From: Methylorubrum extorquens
Lineage (GTDB): Bacteria > Pseudomonadota > Alphaproteobacteria > Rhizobiales > Beijerinckiaceae
DNA length: 32,000 bases
Reading direction: 5' to 3'
Assembly: GCA_900234795.1 (NCBI GenBank)
Contig: LT962688.1
Coordinates: forward strand, 1,800,001-1,832,000
Part shown: positions 15,774-26,234 of the stretch, piece after piece
Position numbering within the stretch: the first letter of the stretch is position 1
How the letters are laid out: each line of letters begins with the position of its first letter
The notes under the pieces: model-generated
What the model was told of the DNA's origin: nothing
The model's database searches: none
Seen by the model: the letters and a program-made list of their open reading frames with translations, nothing else
Made by a program: the position numbers and the translations under genes

Positions 15774-15950
15774 CAAAGACCCCCTCACCCCAAACACGCA
15801 ACGGTCGCGCTTGCCCTCAGGGCCAAATGCGCTTGCGGCAAGGCAGGCTGCACGCCGGGCCGGGGAAAAGCCGTACACGTCCAGGTTTTCGCGGCAGTGT
15901 GGCGGCCCTGCCTCAGTCGAGGAGCACGGCCTGTGGGGTGCCGGAACGCG

Positions 15951-15981
15951 GAGAGCCGCGCCCGGATTGGGCGCGGCTCTC
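15951..15981 (-). terminator. hairpin downstream of sdhB (probable terminator)
   Basis: Perfect 13-bp stem GAGAGCCGCGCCC/GGGCGCGGCTCTC with loop GGATT, 34 nt after the sdhB stop. There is no U-tract. Confidence 0.5.
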
Positions 15982-16014
15982 GGACGTCGTCTCGTAGGTC
16001 CTGCGGCGAAGCGA

Positions 16015-16839
16015 TCAGACTTCGCGTTCGACCATCATCTTCTTGATCTCGGCGATCGCCTTGGCCGGATTGAGGTTCTTCGGGCAGGTGTTGGCGCAGT
16101 TCATGATCGTGTGGCAGCGGTAGAGCCGGAACGGGTCGTGCAGCCCGTCAAGGCGCTCACCGGTGTTCTCGTCGCGGCTGTCGATCAGCCAGCGATAGGC
16201 CTGAAGCAGAGCTGCCGGGCCGAGGAACTTGTCGCCGTTCCACCAGTAGCTCGGGCAGCTCGTGGTGCAGCAGGCGCACAGGATGCACTCGTAGAGGCCG
16301 TCGAGCCGGGCGCGGTCCTCGGGCGTCTGCTTCCACTCCTTCTCGGGCGCGGGCGTCTCGGTCTGGAGCCAGGGCTCGATCGACGCGTGCTGCGCGTAGA
16401 AGTTGGTCAGATCCGGCACGAGGTCCTTCAGGACCGGCATGTGCGGCAGCGGGTAGATCCGCACCGCCCCGTCCTTGTCCTTGCGGGTGAGAAACGGCAG
16501 GGCGTTGTCGGGGGTCTTGCACTCGTCGATGCCCATGGTGCAGGCGAGCGCGTTCTGGCCCTCGATGTTCATGGCGCAGGAGCCGCAGATGCCCTCGCGG
16601 CAGGAGCGGCGGAAGACCAGCGTCGGATCGACCTTGTTCTTGATCCACAGCAGGGCGTCGAGGACCATCGGGCCGCAATCGTCGCGATCGACCCTATAGG
16701 TGTCGATGCGTGGATTCTTCCCGTCATCCGGGTTCCAGCGATAGATCCGGAACGTCTGGAGGTTCTTGGCGCCGTCCGGCGCCGGCCAGGTCCGGCCTTC
16801 GGTGACCTGGGAGTTCTTGGGAAGATTGAACTGGGCCAT
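16015..16839 (-). CDS. sdhB: succinate dehydrogenase iron-sulfur subunit
   Basis: Three Fe-S cluster cysteine motifs are present: [23 protein letters not shown] and [13 protein letters not shown]. It sits in an sdh operon. Confidence 0.97.
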   Translation of the reverse strand: MAQFNLPKNSQVTEGRTWPAPDGAKNLQTFRIYRWNPDDGKNPRIDTYRVDRDDCGPMVLDALLWIKNKVDPTLVFRRSCREGICGSCAMNIEGQNALACTMGIDECKTPDNALPFLTRKDKDGAVRIYPLPHMPVLKDLVPDLTNFYAQHASIEPWLQTETPAPEKEWKQTPEDRARLDGLYECILCACCTTSCPSYWWNGDKFLGPAALLQAYRWLIDSRDENTGERLDGLHDPFRLYRCHTIMNCANTCPKNLNPAKAIAEIKKMMVEREV

Positions 16840-16895
16840 GTCGGGTGCCTTTTGAGGTGCGGCGGCCTTACGGCGCGCTCCGAGTTTCGAAGATC

Positions 16896-17456
16896 CTATT
16901 GCCGGTCGAGCCAGCCGGTCATGAGCCGCTCGGCCTCCGCCTTCGGAGGCTGCTTCGCGGCCAGGCCGGACAGGCGGAACTTCACGAATTGACCGCGCAG
17001 ACCGGTGAGGCAGAGCAGGCTCTCGGTGGCGCCGAGGGCCGGGTGATCAATGGTGAAGGCGCGGCAGGTGAGCCGGGCGCCCGCCTCCCCCGGCAGGCGC
17101 TCCGCGCCGCGATCCTCGCTGCCGCGGTAGATGCCCTGCGCCACCGCCGTTCTGACGTCGCCGGCTGCCTGCGCGAGCTGTCCGGTGACCACCGGTGAGG
17201 AGGCTCCGTCGGGGATGTTCGTCACACCGGCATCGTAGATGTAGATGTCCGCCTTCCAGCGCCCGTTCGTGTAGACGACGGAGTAGCCGAGCCCCGGTGC
17301 CCAGGCCTCGTAATCCGTGCGGGGGCCGCGCGCGAAGCCCGCGACTTCGGCCGGGAAGTCGAAATCCGCTGCCCGCGCCGCTGCCGACACGATCAGCAGC
17401 AACCCCGCCGCGGCGGATAGGACGGCACGCACGAGGCGACGCGAGGCTGGGATCAT
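16896..17456 (-). CDS. hypothetical secreted protein encoded between sdhA and sdhB
   Basis: ATG 17456 has a GGAGGGG Shine-Dalgarno upstream. The signal peptide is [29 protein letters not shown]. An alternative ATG at 17501 overlaps the sdhA stop (TGATG). I recognise no family. Confidence 0.6.
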   Translation of the reverse strand: MIPASRRLVRAVLSAAAGLLLIVSAAARAADFDFPAEVAGFARGPRTDYEAWAPGLGYSVVYTNGRWKADIYIYDAGVTNIPDGASSPVVTGQLAQAAGDVRTAVAQGIYRGSEDRGAERLPGEAGARLTCRAFTIDHPALGATESLLCLTGLRGQFVKFRLSGLAAKQPPKAEAERLMTGWLDRQ

Positions 17457-17500
17457 CGTCCCCGCCCCTCCCCGTTCGACCGACTGCGCCGCGGGCTGCA

Positions 17501-19318
17501 TCAGTACACCCGTGCCTTCGGCTCGATGTACTGGATGTCGTTCGACATCGTGTAGGTGTGGACCGGACGGTAATCGATCTCGACGCCGTGCTTGGATTGG
17601 TCGAGCCACGCGAGCGTGTGCTTCATCCACTCCTTGTCGTCGCGGTCGGGGAAGTCCTCGCGGGCATGCGCGCCGCGGCTTTCCTTGCGGTTGACCGCCG
17701 ATTCCATGGTCACGACTGCCTGACCGATCAGGTTGTCGAATTCCAGGGTTTCGAGCAGGTCGGTGTTCCACACCAGCGAACGGTCGGTGATCGCGATGTC
17801 GGAGACGCCGCGCCAGACCTCGTGGATCAGGCCCTTGCCCTCCTCCAACACCTCGCCGGTGCGGAAGACGGCGCAGTTGTTCTGCATCGTCCGCTGCATC
17901 CGGTCGCGCAGCTGCGCGGTCGGGGTGCCGCCGTCGGCGTAGCGGAAGCGGTCGAGGCGCGCGAGCGCCTTGTCGGCCGAGCCCTTCGGCAGTTCCGGCT
18001 GGCGGGCGTCGGGCTCGACGATGTCGGCGCAGCGCAGGCCCGCGGCGCGGCCGAACACCACGAGGTCGATCAGCGAGTTCGAGCCGAGGCGGTTGGCGCC
18101 GTGCACCGAGACGCAGGCCGCCTCGCCGAGCGCCATCAGGCCCGGCACCACCGTGTCCGGGTTGCCGTTCTTCAGGGTCAGCACCTCGCCGTGGAAGTTC
18201 GTCGGGATGCCGCCCATGTTGTAGTGGACCGTCGGCAGAACCGGGATCGGCTCCTTGGTCACGTCGACGCCCGCAAAGATCTTTGCTGATTCCGAGATGC
18301 CCGGCAGGCGCTCGTGCAGGATCTTCGGGTCGAGATGGTCGAGGTGCAGGAAGATGTGGTCGCCTTCCTTGCCCACGCCGCGGCCGTCGCGGATCTCCAT
18401 GGTCATCGAGCGGGAGACCACGTCGCGGGAGGCGAGGTCCTTGGCCGAGGGGGCGTAGCGCTCCATGAAGCGCTCGCCCTCGGAGTTGGTGAGGTAGCCG
18501 CCCTCGCCGCGCGCGCCCTCCGTGATGAGGCAGCCGGCGCCGTAGATGCCGGTGGGGTGGAACTGCACGAACTCCATGTCCTGCAGCGGCAGGCCGGCGC
18601 GCAGCACCATGGCATTGCCGTCACCGGTGCAGGTATGGGCCGAGGTCGCCGAGAAGTAGGCGCGGCCGTAGCCGCCGGTGGCGAGGATGGTCTGCTGGGC
18701 GCGGAAGCGGTGGATTTCGCCGGTGGCCTGATCGATCGCCATCACGCCACGGCAGCGGCCGTCCTCGTCCATGATCAGGTCGAGGGCGAAGTACTCGATG
18801 AAGAACTGGGTCTTGTTCTTCACCGCCTGCCCGTAGAGCGTATGGAGCATGGCGTGGCCGGTGCGGTCGGCCGCGGCGCAGGTGCGCTGCGCGGTGCCCT
18901 TGCCGTAATCGGTGGTCATGCCGCCGAAGGGGCGCTGGTAGATCTTACCCTCGTCCGTGCGGGAGAACGGCACGCCCCAGTGCTCGAGTTCGTAGACGGC
19001 GGCGGGGGCGTTGCGCACGAGGTACTCGATCGCGTCCTGGTCGCCGAGCCAGTCCGAGCCCTTCACGGTGTCGTACATGTGCCAGCGCCAATCGTCCGGC
19101 CCCATATTGCCGAGCGAGGCGGAGATGCCGCCCTGCGCCGCCACGGTGTGCGAGCGGGTCGGGAAGACTTTCGTGATGCAGGCGGTGCGCAGCCCGGCCT
19201 GGGAGCAGCCGACCGTGGCGCGCAGACCCGCGCCGCCGGCGCCGACGATCACCACGTCGAAGGTGTGGTCGATGATGGCGTAGGCGGGCGCGCCGCCGTT
19301 CGTTCCGTTGGAGGCCAT
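17501..19318 (-). CDS. sdhA: succinate dehydrogenase flavoprotein subunit
   Basis: FAD-binding N-terminus [23 protein letters not shown] (covalent FAD His), and full-length similarity in pattern to SdhA (605 aa). Confidence 0.98.
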   Translation of the reverse strand: MASNGTNGGAPAYAIIDHTFDVVIVGAGGAGLRATVGCSQAGLRTACITKVFPTRSHTVAAQGGISASLGNMGPDDWRWHMYDTVKGSDWLGDQDAIEYLVRNAPAAVYELEHWGVPFSRTDEGKIYQRPFGGMTTDYGKGTAQRTCAAADRTGHAMLHTLYGQAVKNKTQFFIEYFALDLIMDEDGRCRGVMAIDQATGEIHRFRAQQTILATGGYGRAYFSATSAHTCTGDGNAMVLRAGLPLQDMEFVQFHPTGIYGAGCLITEGARGEGGYLTNSEGERFMERYAPSAKDLASRDVVSRSMTMEIRDGRGVGKEGDHIFLHLDHLDPKILHERLPGISESAKIFAGVDVTKEPIPVLPTVHYNMGGIPTNFHGEVLTLKNGNPDTVVPGLMALGEAACVSVHGANRLGSNSLIDLVVFGRAAGLRCADIVEPDARQPELPKGSADKALARLDRFRYADGGTPTAQLRDRMQRTMQNNCAVFRTGEVLEEGKGLIHEVWRGVSDIAITDRSLVWNTDLLETLEFDNLIGQAVVTMESAVNRKESRGAHAREDFPDRDDKEWMKHTLAWLDQSKHGVEIDYRPVHTYTMSNDIQYIEPKARVY

Positions 19319-19347
19319 GGCGTGAGTCCTTGGTTCCGTGACGACGA

Positions 19348-19767
19348 TCAGGCGAGGCCGCCCAGGCTCACGCGGAGGATCGCGTAGAGGCAGGCGGCGG
19401 CCACCGCGACCGCGTAGAAGGTGTTGGCGATGAGCGCCGCGAACTTGAGGCCGTGGCTGTGCACGTAGTCCTCGATGACCGTCTGCATCCCCAGACGCAT
19501 GTGGATCGTCACCGACACCACGGCCAGGATCAGGATGATCGCAACCAGCGGGTGCGACACCAGCGCGACCGCCTGCGGGTAGGTCCGCCCGGCCATCAGC
19601 GCGATGATCACGACGAAGGCGAGCATCAGGAGCGCGTTCGAGGCGCCGGTCAGGCGCTGCAGCCAGAAATGGCCGGCGCCGTGGCCCGAGGCGCCGAGGC
19701 CCTTCACCCGGGCGCGGGGCGTGCGCATCGAGAGCGCGGTGTTCTGGCGGTTGTCGACCTGGGACAT
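19348..19767 (-). CDS. sdhD: succinate dehydrogenase membrane anchor subunit
   Basis: 139 aa from ATG 19767, with three TM helices and the haem-ligand region GHFWLQRLT. It lies between sdhC and sdhA. The ORF-track extension to 20187 overlaps sdhC in another frame. Confidence 0.88.
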   Translation of the reverse strand: MSQVDNRQNTALSMRTPRARVKGLGASGHGAGHFWLQRLTGASNALLMLAFVVIIALMAGRTYPQAVALVSHPLVAIILILAVVSVTIHMRLGMQTVIEDYVHSHGLKFAALIANTFYAVAVAAACLYAILRVSLGGLA

Positions 19768-19775
19768 GGCGAGCC

Positions 19776-20177
19776 TCAGCGCACGAGCAGGGCGATCGCC
19801 CAGATCACGATGGTCAGGGTGACGGAGCCGATCAGCGTGGCGCGGGCGAGCCCGAGGCGCCGGTCGCGGTCGAAGCCGTAGCCCGCATCCCAGATGAAGT
19901 GGCGCAGGCCGCCAAGCATGTGGTGCAGCAGCACCCAGGTATAGGCGAACAGGATGGCGCGCCCGGCCCACGAACCGAAGAACCACGCCACCGTGTCGTA
20001 GGCGCGCGGACCGGAGGCGAGCGCCACCAGCCACACCGCGACGAGGAAGGTGCCGCCATAGAGCGCCGTGCCGGTGATGCGGTGGAACACCGACATCGCC
20101 ATGGTCCAGGTCCAGCGGTAGATCTGGAGATGGGGCGAGAGCGGCTGGGCGACCGTAGGTCTGACGGTAGGGTTCAT
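19776..20177 (-). CDS. sdhC: succinate dehydrogenase cytochrome b556 subunit
   Basis: [11 protein letters not shown]...SVFHRITG is the characteristic SdhC N-terminal motif. It has three TM helices and is the first gene of the operon. Confidence 0.9.
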   Translation of the reverse strand: MNPTVRPTVAQPLSPHLQIYRWTWTMAMSVFHRITGTALYGGTFLVAVWLVALASGPRAYDTVAWFFGSWAGRAILFAYTWVLLHHMLGGLRHFIWDAGYGFDRDRRLGLARATLIGSVTLTIVIWAIALLVR

Positions 20178-20304
20178 CGCGGCTCACGATCCTCGCGTCG
20201 AAGACTGGATAAATTCCAGGGAAGGGTTAGGGCGCTCGGCTCCGACCGGCAATGCCGGTGCTGCGGTGCAGCATTGGTCAAGCTGACGATCGCGCGGATC
20301 TGTC

Positions 20305-21630
20305 TCATGCCAGTCTCCCGGTCAGCCTGAACCAGAAATAGGCAAGCGGGGTCGCCACCAGCAGCGACGCGACGCCCGTGGCCAGCGTGAGTTTGGTCGC
20401 GTCGGCCAGGGACAGGCGGCCGAGATCCATCGTCATGATGATGGGCGGCGCCTGATAAGGCAGGAACAGCGTCGAATAGCCGACCACCTGCACCATCAGT
20501 ACGCTCATCAGGTCGAAGCCGCTGGCCCGCGAGAACTCTTCCGCCAGCGCCGTGTAGAGGGCGGGCGCGCCGTTGGCGGTGGCGGTGAACAGGAAACCGA
20601 TCGACAGGCCGGTCAGGGTCGCGAAGTTCTTGGCGGGTGCGCCCTGCTCCAGCGGGGCGACCGAGAGGAGCGCGTGGCCGAGATCGGCGCCGAGCCCGGT
20701 TTCGTTGACCACCGCCGTCAGACCGAACAGGGCGGCGACGTAGAAGCAGGTCCGCAACGGAATCTCACCGAAACTCGCCGACGACAGGACGCCGACGCCC
20801 GGCAGCAGGCAGATCACCGCGGCCGCGAGCCCGATCCAGGCCGGCGGGATGCCGTGCCAGCCGTCGCTGAGCCACAGCGCCAGCATCACCGCGAGGATCA
20901 CCGAGAGGCGCCGCTCTTCGGCCGATAACGGGGGCAGCGGCGGCAGTTCGGGCCGCTTTCCGTCGAGGCGATCGGGAAAGATCAGGATCGTGCAGGCGAC
21001 GAGCAGCGCGCCCTTAACGAGGCCGAGAACCGGAGCGTGCAGAAAGAGATACGGCAGATAGCTGAGATGGATATCGAACAGCGTCTCGGCGGTGCCGGCC
21101 ATGACGAGGTTCGGCACGTTGGCCGGCAGGATCGCCGCCGAGAGCATCGGCGTGGCGATGCCGAAGGCGAGCAGCGCGCCCGTCCGGCCGGGGCGCCCGG
21201 CCTCCAGCCCGAAGGCGTCGCACAGCGCGATGACCACCGGCACCATCAGGGCGATGCGGCCGAGATTGGACGGCATCACGAAGGCCAGCGCGAAGGAGAA
21301 GGCGACGAGGCCGGCGATGAACCCCGGATAGGAGGCGGGCAGCCGCGCGGCCAGTCGGCGCGCGAGCCGGTCGCCCAGTCCGGTGCGATTCATGGCGAGC
21401 CCGACCACCATGCCGCTCGTCACCAGCCAGAAGGCGGAGGAGGCAAAGCCGGAAAACACCGTCTGCGCCGGGGCGAGCTTGAGCAGCATCGCGAGCGCGA
21501 AGAACATCAGCGCCGTGACGATCTCGGCCACCAGCCCGCTCGCCCACAGCCCCATGCACAGCACGAGCAGGCCCCCGGCCGCGACGACCGTGCCCTGTCC
21601 TCCGAAGATGCTGGCGGCTGCAGCGCTCAT
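20305..21630 (-). CDS. anion permease of the ArsB/NhaD-DASS (SLC13-like) superfamily
   Basis: 441-aa polytopic membrane protein. The pattern LWASGLVAEIVTALMFFALAMLL...AFVMPSN..RIALMVPV is typical of DASS/CitT-like permeases as I recall them. It is divergent from a LysR regulator. Confidence 0.8.
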   Translation of the reverse strand: MSAAAASIFGGQGTVVAAGGLLVLCMGLWASGLVAEIVTALMFFALAMLLKLAPAQTVFSGFASSAFWLVTSGMVVGLAMNRTGLGDRLARRLAARLPASYPGFIAGLVAFSFALAFVMPSNLGRIALMVPVVIALCDAFGLEAGRPGRTGALLAFGIATPMLSAAILPANVPNLVMAGTAETLFDIHLSYLPYLFLHAPVLGLVKGALLVACTILIFPDRLDGKRPELPPLPPLSAEERRLSVILAVMLALWLSDGWHGIPPAWIGLAAAVICLLPGVGVLSSASFGEIPLRTCFYVAALFGLTAVVNETGLGADLGHALLSVAPLEQGAPAKNFATLTGLSIGFLFTATANGAPALYTALAEEFSRASGFDLMSVLMVQVVGYSTLFLPYQAPPIIMTMDLGRLSLADATKLTLATGVASLLVATPLAYFWFRLTGRLA

Positions 21631-21646
21631 GGGCGCGCTTCAAACG

Positions 21647-21670
21647 CGAATTGGAACCGTTCGCAATTCG
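21647..21670. promoter_or_regulatory. dyad in the permease/LysR intergenic region (candidate LysR operator)
   Basis: CGAATTG-N10-CAATTCG inverted repeat (21647-21653/21664-21670) sits between the divergent permease and LysR genes. It contains an ATTG-N10-CAAT core reminiscent of LysR T-N11-A boxes. Confidence 0.3.
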
Positions 21671-21806
21671 GCTTTCGTGGTGGGTGCCTTCGTTATTGGC
21701 GAAGGCTGGTGCCTCGCTCACGCTCTCGTGATAGGCGTGATGACCAATCCTTGCTCCATCTCACGCGAATGCGGGGGCTGAGAGCGCCTTGTCGAATTCA
21801 CCTGTG

Positions 21807-22697
21807 ATGCGCTTCGATCTCGTCGATCTGAACCTGTTCCGCCACGTCGTCGAGGCCGGTTCGATCACCCATGGGGCCGAGCGGGCGAACCTCGCGCTCG
21901 CCGCCGCCTCGGCGCGGGTGCGGGCGATGGAGGCGTCGCTCGGCGCGGCACTCCTCGTGCGCGGGCGCCAGGGCGTGACGGTGACGCCCGCCGGCCGCAC
22001 CCTGCTGGCGCATGCCCGCGAGATCATGGGCCAGATCGAGCGGCTGCAAGGCGATCTTTCCGTGTTCGCGGGCGGCGCGGTCGGCCAGATCCGGGTTCTG
22101 TCGAACACCAACGCGCTCACCGAATTCCTGCCCGAGGCGCTCTCCGCCTACCTCGCCCTGCATACCGGCGTCAGCGTCGATATCGAGGAGCGGACATCCG
22201 ACGAGATCGTCGGCATGGTGGCCGACGGGGCCGCCGATCTCGGCATCGTCGCGGGCACCGTCGATACCGGCACGCTCCAGACCTTCCCCTTCCGCCACGA
22301 CCGCTTCGTGGTGGTGGTCGCGGCCGGCCATCCGCTCGCCGACCGCGACAGCCTCGGCTTCGCGGAGGTGCTGGAGCACGATCTCGTCGGCCTCGACCGG
22401 CCGAGCGCCCTGACCCGCTTCCTCGCGGCCAAGGCCTCCCGCATCGGCCGGCCGATGCGGCTGCGGGTGCAGTTGCGCAGCTTCGACGCGGTCTGCCGCC
22501 TCGTGGAATGCGGCGTCGGCCTCGGCATCGTGCCGGAGACCACGGCGCGGCGGGCCAAGCGCACGATGAGCATCGCGCCCGTCCCGCTGGAGGATCCCTG
22601 GGCGGCGCGCGACCTCAAGCTCTGCCTGCGGGATCTGGCGGGTCTGCCGCCCTTCGCGCAGGATTTCGTGGCGCATCTGCGTGCGGCCGACGCATGA
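21807..22697 (+). CDS. LysR-family transcriptional regulator
   Basis: N-terminal HTH MRFDLVDLNLFRHVVEAGSITHGAERANLALAAASARVRAMEASLG, followed by a substrate-binding domain. The ORF track starts at TTG 21789. ATG 21807 gives the canonical LysR N-terminus. Confidence 0.9.
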   Translation: MRFDLVDLNLFRHVVEAGSITHGAERANLALAAASARVRAMEASLGAALLVRGRQGVTVTPAGRTLLAHAREIMGQIERLQGDLSVFAGGAVGQIRVLSNTNALTEFLPEALSAYLALHTGVSVDIEERTSDEIVGMVADGAADLGIVAGTVDTGTLQTFPFRHDRFVVVVAAGHPLADRDSLGFAEVLEHDLVGLDRPSALTRFLAAKASRIGRPMRLRVQLRSFDAVCRLVECGVGLGIVPETTARRAKRTMSIAPVPLEDPWAARDLKLCLRDLAGLPPFAQDFVAHLRAADA

Positions 22698-22709
22698 GGC
22701 GCCGTCGGG

Positions 22710-24044
22710 TCAGGTGCCGGCGAGCGTGTCGACCAGCAGCTTCACGTTCAGCACGACGATGATGCCGGCGATGACCCAGGACAGCCCCTTCAGCCAGCCG
22801 GGGATCACGAGCGGGCCCATCAGACGCCGGTCGGAGACGAAGCGCACCAGCGGGATCACCGCGAAGGGCAGTTGCATCGAGAGCACGACCTGGCTCAGCA
22901 CGAGGAGCCGGGCCGTGCCCTGCTCGCCGTAGAGGGCGGTGACGATCACCACGGGGACGATGGCGATGCCCCGCGTCACCAGCCGCCGGGCGAAGGGCGG
23001 CAGGCGCAGCCGCAGGAAGCCCTCCATCACGATCTGGCCCGCGAGCGTCGCGGTCACCGTCGAGTTGAGGCCGGACGCCAGGAGCGCCACGGCGAACAGC
23101 GTCGAGGCGATGCCGACGCCGAGCAAGGGCGAGAGCAGCTCGTAGGCCTGCTCGATCTCCTCGACATCGGTGCGCCCGCCCGCGTGGAACACGGACGCGG
23201 CCATGATCAGGATCGCGGCGTTGACGAACAGCGCCAGCATCAGCGCCACCGTCGAGTCGGTGACGGCGAAGCGCAGCGCCTCGCGCCGGCCCTGATCGGT
23301 GCGGGGATAGGCGCGCGTCTGCACGATCGAGGAGTGGAGGTAGAGGTTGTGCGGCATCACGGTCGCGCCGATGATGCCGATGGCGATGTAGAGCGCGGCC
23401 GGGTTGGTCACGATTTCCCGCGAGGGCACGAAGCCGCCGAGCACGGCCTGGATCGGCGGTGCCGCCATCGCGATCTGCAGGCCGAAGCAGACGAAGATGA
23501 TCGTCAGGAGGCCGATCACGAAGGCCTCTAGCGCCCGGAAGCCCCGTCGCAGCAGCAGCAGCACCACGAACACGTCGAGCGCCGTGAGGATCGCGCCCAG
23601 CGTCAGCGGGATGCCGAACAGGAGCTTGAGGGCGATGGCGGTGCCGATCACCTCGGCGAGGTCGCAGGCGATGATCGCCGCCTCGCAGATCAGCCAGAGC
23701 GCGATGCTCACGGGCCGCGAGGTCCGCTCGCGGCAGGCTTGGGCGAGGTCGAGGCCGGTGGCGATGCCGAGCCGCGCCGCCAGCGCCTGCAGCACGATCG
23801 CCATCAGGTTCGAGAGCAGGATGACGGAGAGCAGCGTGTAGCCGAACTGGGCGCCGCCGGCGATGTCGGTGGCCCAGTTGCCCGGGTCCATGTAGCCGAC
23901 CGAGATCATGTATCCCGGCCCGATGAAGGCGAAGAGCCGCCAGAGCCAGGACCCGCCCGCCCGCACCGGCACGCTGCCATTGAGCGCGCCGAGGCTCGGT
24001 TCCGCTGGGGCTTGCCCGGGCGGTGCCGGCCGAACCTGATCCAT
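22710..24044 (-). CDS. mntH: Nramp-family divalent metal (Mn2+/Fe2+) transporter
   Basis: The Nramp signature [31 protein letters not shown] is present with 11-12 TM helices. Start is uncertain: ATG 24044, 24056 or 24062. The longest ORF (24143) would leave only 11 nt before the operator palindrome. Confidence 0.93.
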   Translation of the reverse strand: MDQVRPAPPGQAPAEPSLGALNGSVPVRAGGSWLWRLFAFIGPGYMISVGYMDPGNWATDIAGGAQFGYTLLSVILLSNLMAIVLQALAARLGIATGLDLAQACRERTSRPVSIALWLICEAAIIACDLAEVIGTAIALKLLFGIPLTLGAILTALDVFVVLLLLRRGFRALEAFVIGLLTIIFVCFGLQIAMAAPPIQAVLGGFVPSREIVTNPAALYIAIGIIGATVMPHNLYLHSSIVQTRAYPRTDQGRREALRFAVTDSTVALMLALFVNAAILIMAASVFHAGGRTDVEEIEQAYELLSPLLGVGIASTLFAVALLASGLNSTVTATLAGQIVMEGFLRLRLPPFARRLVTRGIAIVPVVIVTALYGEQGTARLLVLSQVVLSMQLPFAVIPLVRFVSDRRLMGPLVIPGWLKGLSWVIAGIIVVLNVKLLVDTLAGT

Positions 24045-24154
24045 CACCACTTCCATTCGCATCAAGGTGCCGATTGCCCCTGCCCGTCGCTCCCGATGGA
24101 GCAGACCGGCGCAGGAGAGCGGGCGCTCCATTCGCACCCGCACACAGCAAGGCC

Positions 24155-24172
24155 TTATAGCATTAGCTATAA
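24155..24172. promoter_or_regulatory. MntR-type operator palindrome in the mntH-mntR intergenic region
   Basis: TTATAGC-ATTA-GCTATAA is a perfect 7-bp inverted repeat with a 4-nt spacer. It has the same ATAGC-N4-GCTAT core as the E. coli MntR box as I recall it (AAACATAGCAAAGGCTATGTTT). Confidence 0.6.
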
Positions 24173-24428
24173 AGCTGCGCCGAAGCTGAGATCAAGGGGC
24201 TTCCAGCCGGGTTCCCGGCCGTGGGGGGCTTAGGTTAAACATGCCGGCAGGGTACCTTCGAAACACCGGGCGGATCGATCGCTCTCGCCGTCGCATTTGC
24301 CCCGCCGCACTTGCCATCGCTCGTGCCGAAGCGCGGTCCGTGCGCCGGGTGTTTCGTGAAGACGTTTGACGACCCTATGAGGCGTGGGCCAATCAGGCCG
24401 TGCCCGAAATGGAGGAGCCCGCCGCCTC

Positions 24429-24929
24429 ATGCAGGATGCGTCGCGAGATATGGGGCGAGAGATGGGTCAGAAGCCGGCACCCGAGGTGCACCCGGCGGGC
24501 GCGGATGCGCCGCTCGTCGATGCGGAGGTCCATGTCGAGAGCTTCCGTCAAGCCCGCGAGGCGCGCCGTCTCGAACTGGTGGAGGATTACGTCGAGTTGA
24601 TCGCCGACCTGATCGGCGATGGCGGCGAGGCGCGGCAGGTCGATATCGCCGCCCGCCTCGGCGTGGCCCAGCCGACGGTCGCCAAGATGCTCAAGCGGCT
24701 CGCCGAGGACGGCCTCGTGCAGCAGCGGCCCTATCGCGGTGTGTTCCTCACCCCGGCGGGGCAGGCGTTGGCCGAGCAGTCGCGGGAACGCCACCGCATC
24801 GTCGAGCGCTTCCTGCGCGCTGTGGGCGTCAGTGCCGAGACGGCCCGACGCGACGCGGAGGGGATCGAGCACCATGTCAGCGCCGAGACGCTGGAAGCGT
24901 TCCGCCGCTTCGCCGACGCGAAGCTGTAG
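24429..24929 (+). CDS. mntR: DtxR-family manganese-responsive transcriptional regulator
   Basis: It is near-colinear with E. coli MntR as I recall it: [64 protein letters not shown]...[11 protein letters not shown]...[13 protein letters not shown]. Start is uncertain: GTG 24384, or ATG 24429, 24450 or 24462. Confidence 0.9.
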   Translation: MQDASRDMGREMGQKPAPEVHPAGADAPLVDAEVHVESFRQAREARRLELVEDYVELIADLIGDGGEARQVDIAARLGVAQPTVAKMLKRLAEDGLVQQRPYRGVFLTPAGQALAEQSRERHRIVERFLRAVGVSAETARRDAEGIEHHVSAETLEAFRRFADAKL

Positions 24930-24997
24930 GCTCCGATCCTGACCGCCCGGCGCGCTTCCCGCCCGACCTCTCGACGTGCTTTTGAGGACCCGACCCG

Positions 24998-25306
24998 ATG
25001 GACCAGACCCAGCAACTGACGGCGCTCGCCGCCGTCAGCGCCCGGCACGACGCGGCGGTAACGAACCTCGCCGAAGGGCTCGCCGAACTCGGCGCCAAGC
25101 AGGTGGCCCACCAGATGGCAGTGGGCTTCCTGGCCAGCGTGCTGCGCTCGATCGATTCCGATCACTACGACGAGCGCCTCGAAGGATACCTCGCCATGCT
25201 GCGCGACGTGCTGTTCCGCGACGATCCGGATGCGGTGCTCGCCACGACCGTTCTGGAGACGATCGAGCGCTCCTTACGTCCCGCGCAGGATCAGGACGAG
25301 AGTTGA
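24998..25306 (+). CDS. hypothetical protein (102 aa, helical)
   Basis: ATG-initiated ORF with balanced, non-Arg-skewed composition and G/C-ending codons typical of the host. I recognise no family. Confidence 0.5.
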   Translation: MDQTQQLTALAAVSARHDAAVTNLAEGLAELGAKQVAHQMAVGFLASVLRSIDSDHYDERLEGYLAMLRDVLFRDDPDAVLATTVLETIERSLRPAQDQDES

Positions 25307-25407
25307 GGGCACCCGTCCGGTGCAGGGATTCGCGCGCTTACAAATGTGAACGCCGCGCGGTGTCGCCGCGCCTTGGTCGCTGCCGCGGGGCATGGCACCA
25401 TGCCCGC

Positions 25408-25611
25408 ATGGCTGACCGGAACCACCATCCCTACTCCATCGATGTGAGACCCTGCTGGCGGCGCCCGGGCCGCTTCGTCTGCTCCATCGTCGAGAAGGGG
25501 GAGCCACGGCGCTACGGCGCGCAGAGCTACGCGACCTTCGACGAGGCCCGCCGCGCCGCCCAAACGCGGCTTCGCCAACTCGTCTTCGAATGGCAGCTCG
25601 TCGGATCCTGA
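25408..25611 (+). CDS. hypothetical small protein (67 aa)
   Basis: ATG 25408 starts MADRNHHPYSIDVRPCWRRPGRFVCSIVEKGEPRRYGAQSYATFDEARRAAQTRL. Composition is plausible, but the ORF is short and has no recognisable family. Confidence 0.35.
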   Translation: MADRNHHPYSIDVRPCWRRPGRFVCSIVEKGEPRRYGAQSYATFDEARRAAQTRLRQLVFEWQLVGS

Positions 25612-25662
25612 TCGGCCCCCTCGGACGGCAGGCCGCGGGGATTGCCGCCGTCCGCTTCGGTT

Positions 25663-25869
25663 CTACTCGGCGTCGGCGGTCTGCGCGTACTGAACCAAGG
25701 CGGCCATCTGCGCCGGCGCCCGGAACACCCGTCCGTCGCTGGTCTCCACGTAGACCTCCGAAGCGCCCATGCTCGCAAAGGTCATGGCCCGCTCGGCGGC
25801 CCTCGCCCCGAGGTCGTGCGGTTCCTTGGAAGGGCCCGAGGGTGAGGTCCAGTGAACGGTGTAGCGCAT
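25663..25869 (-). CDS. hypothetical small protein (68 aa)
   Basis: ATG 25869 is preceded by a GAGGAGAA Shine-Dalgarno. The protein begins MRYTVHWTSPSGPSKEPHDLGARAAERAMTFASMGASEVYVETSDGRVF. Confidence 0.5.
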   Translation of the reverse strand: MRYTVHWTSPSGPSKEPHDLGARAAERAMTFASMGASEVYVETSDGRVFRAPAQMAALVQYAQTADAE

Positions 25870-26042
25870 GACGTTCTCCTCTTCAGCGACCGTGATGTCG
25901 GGGCGCATCACCGCTGCCCGGCGAGCGGTATACCCGGTCCGGCCGATCAAATCTGCATCATAGTGCCGAATGGGCGGCTCCTTGGGGCTTGCTGCGCGTT
26001 CTACGGCCTGAAGCGCTCAGCGCTGCGAACCGGGAGACCATC

Positions 26043-26234
26043 ATGAGGAAGCCGGAGAAGCCGGGTGCGGATGCCGGCAAGACGCACAAAGGCGGTGCGC
26101 TCGGGAACATCGACGAGCAGACGGGGCATCCCGGCAAAGGCACGCCCGGCGCGACGCTCAAGCCCGAGGACAACCCCGACCCCTCGAAGGACTTCAAGCC
26201 GGAGACGCCGGAGGACCGCAAGCCGAAAGGTTGA
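26043..26234 (+). CDS. hypothetical small hydrophilic, probably disordered protein (63 aa)
   Basis: ATG 26043 is preceded by GGGAGA. The sequence is Lys/Pro/Gly/Asp-rich: MRKPEKPGADAGKTHKGGALGNIDEQTGHPGKG... Confidence 0.45.
   Translation: MRKPEKPGADAGKTHKGGALGNIDEQTGHPGKGTPGATLKPEDNPDPSKDFKPETPEDRKPKG

Noticed and set aside
15132-15878. Treating 15132..15878 (-) as one intact 248-aa gene.
   Set aside because: Only its N-terminal part, from the internal ATG at 15773, looks like protein (a lipoprotein signal plus a Pro-rich linker). Its C-terminal half is Arg/Gly-rich nonsense that runs into the 101-nt repeat. The recognisable Omp19/Inh-like domain is in the neighbouring frame. I modelled it as a frameshifted gene instead.
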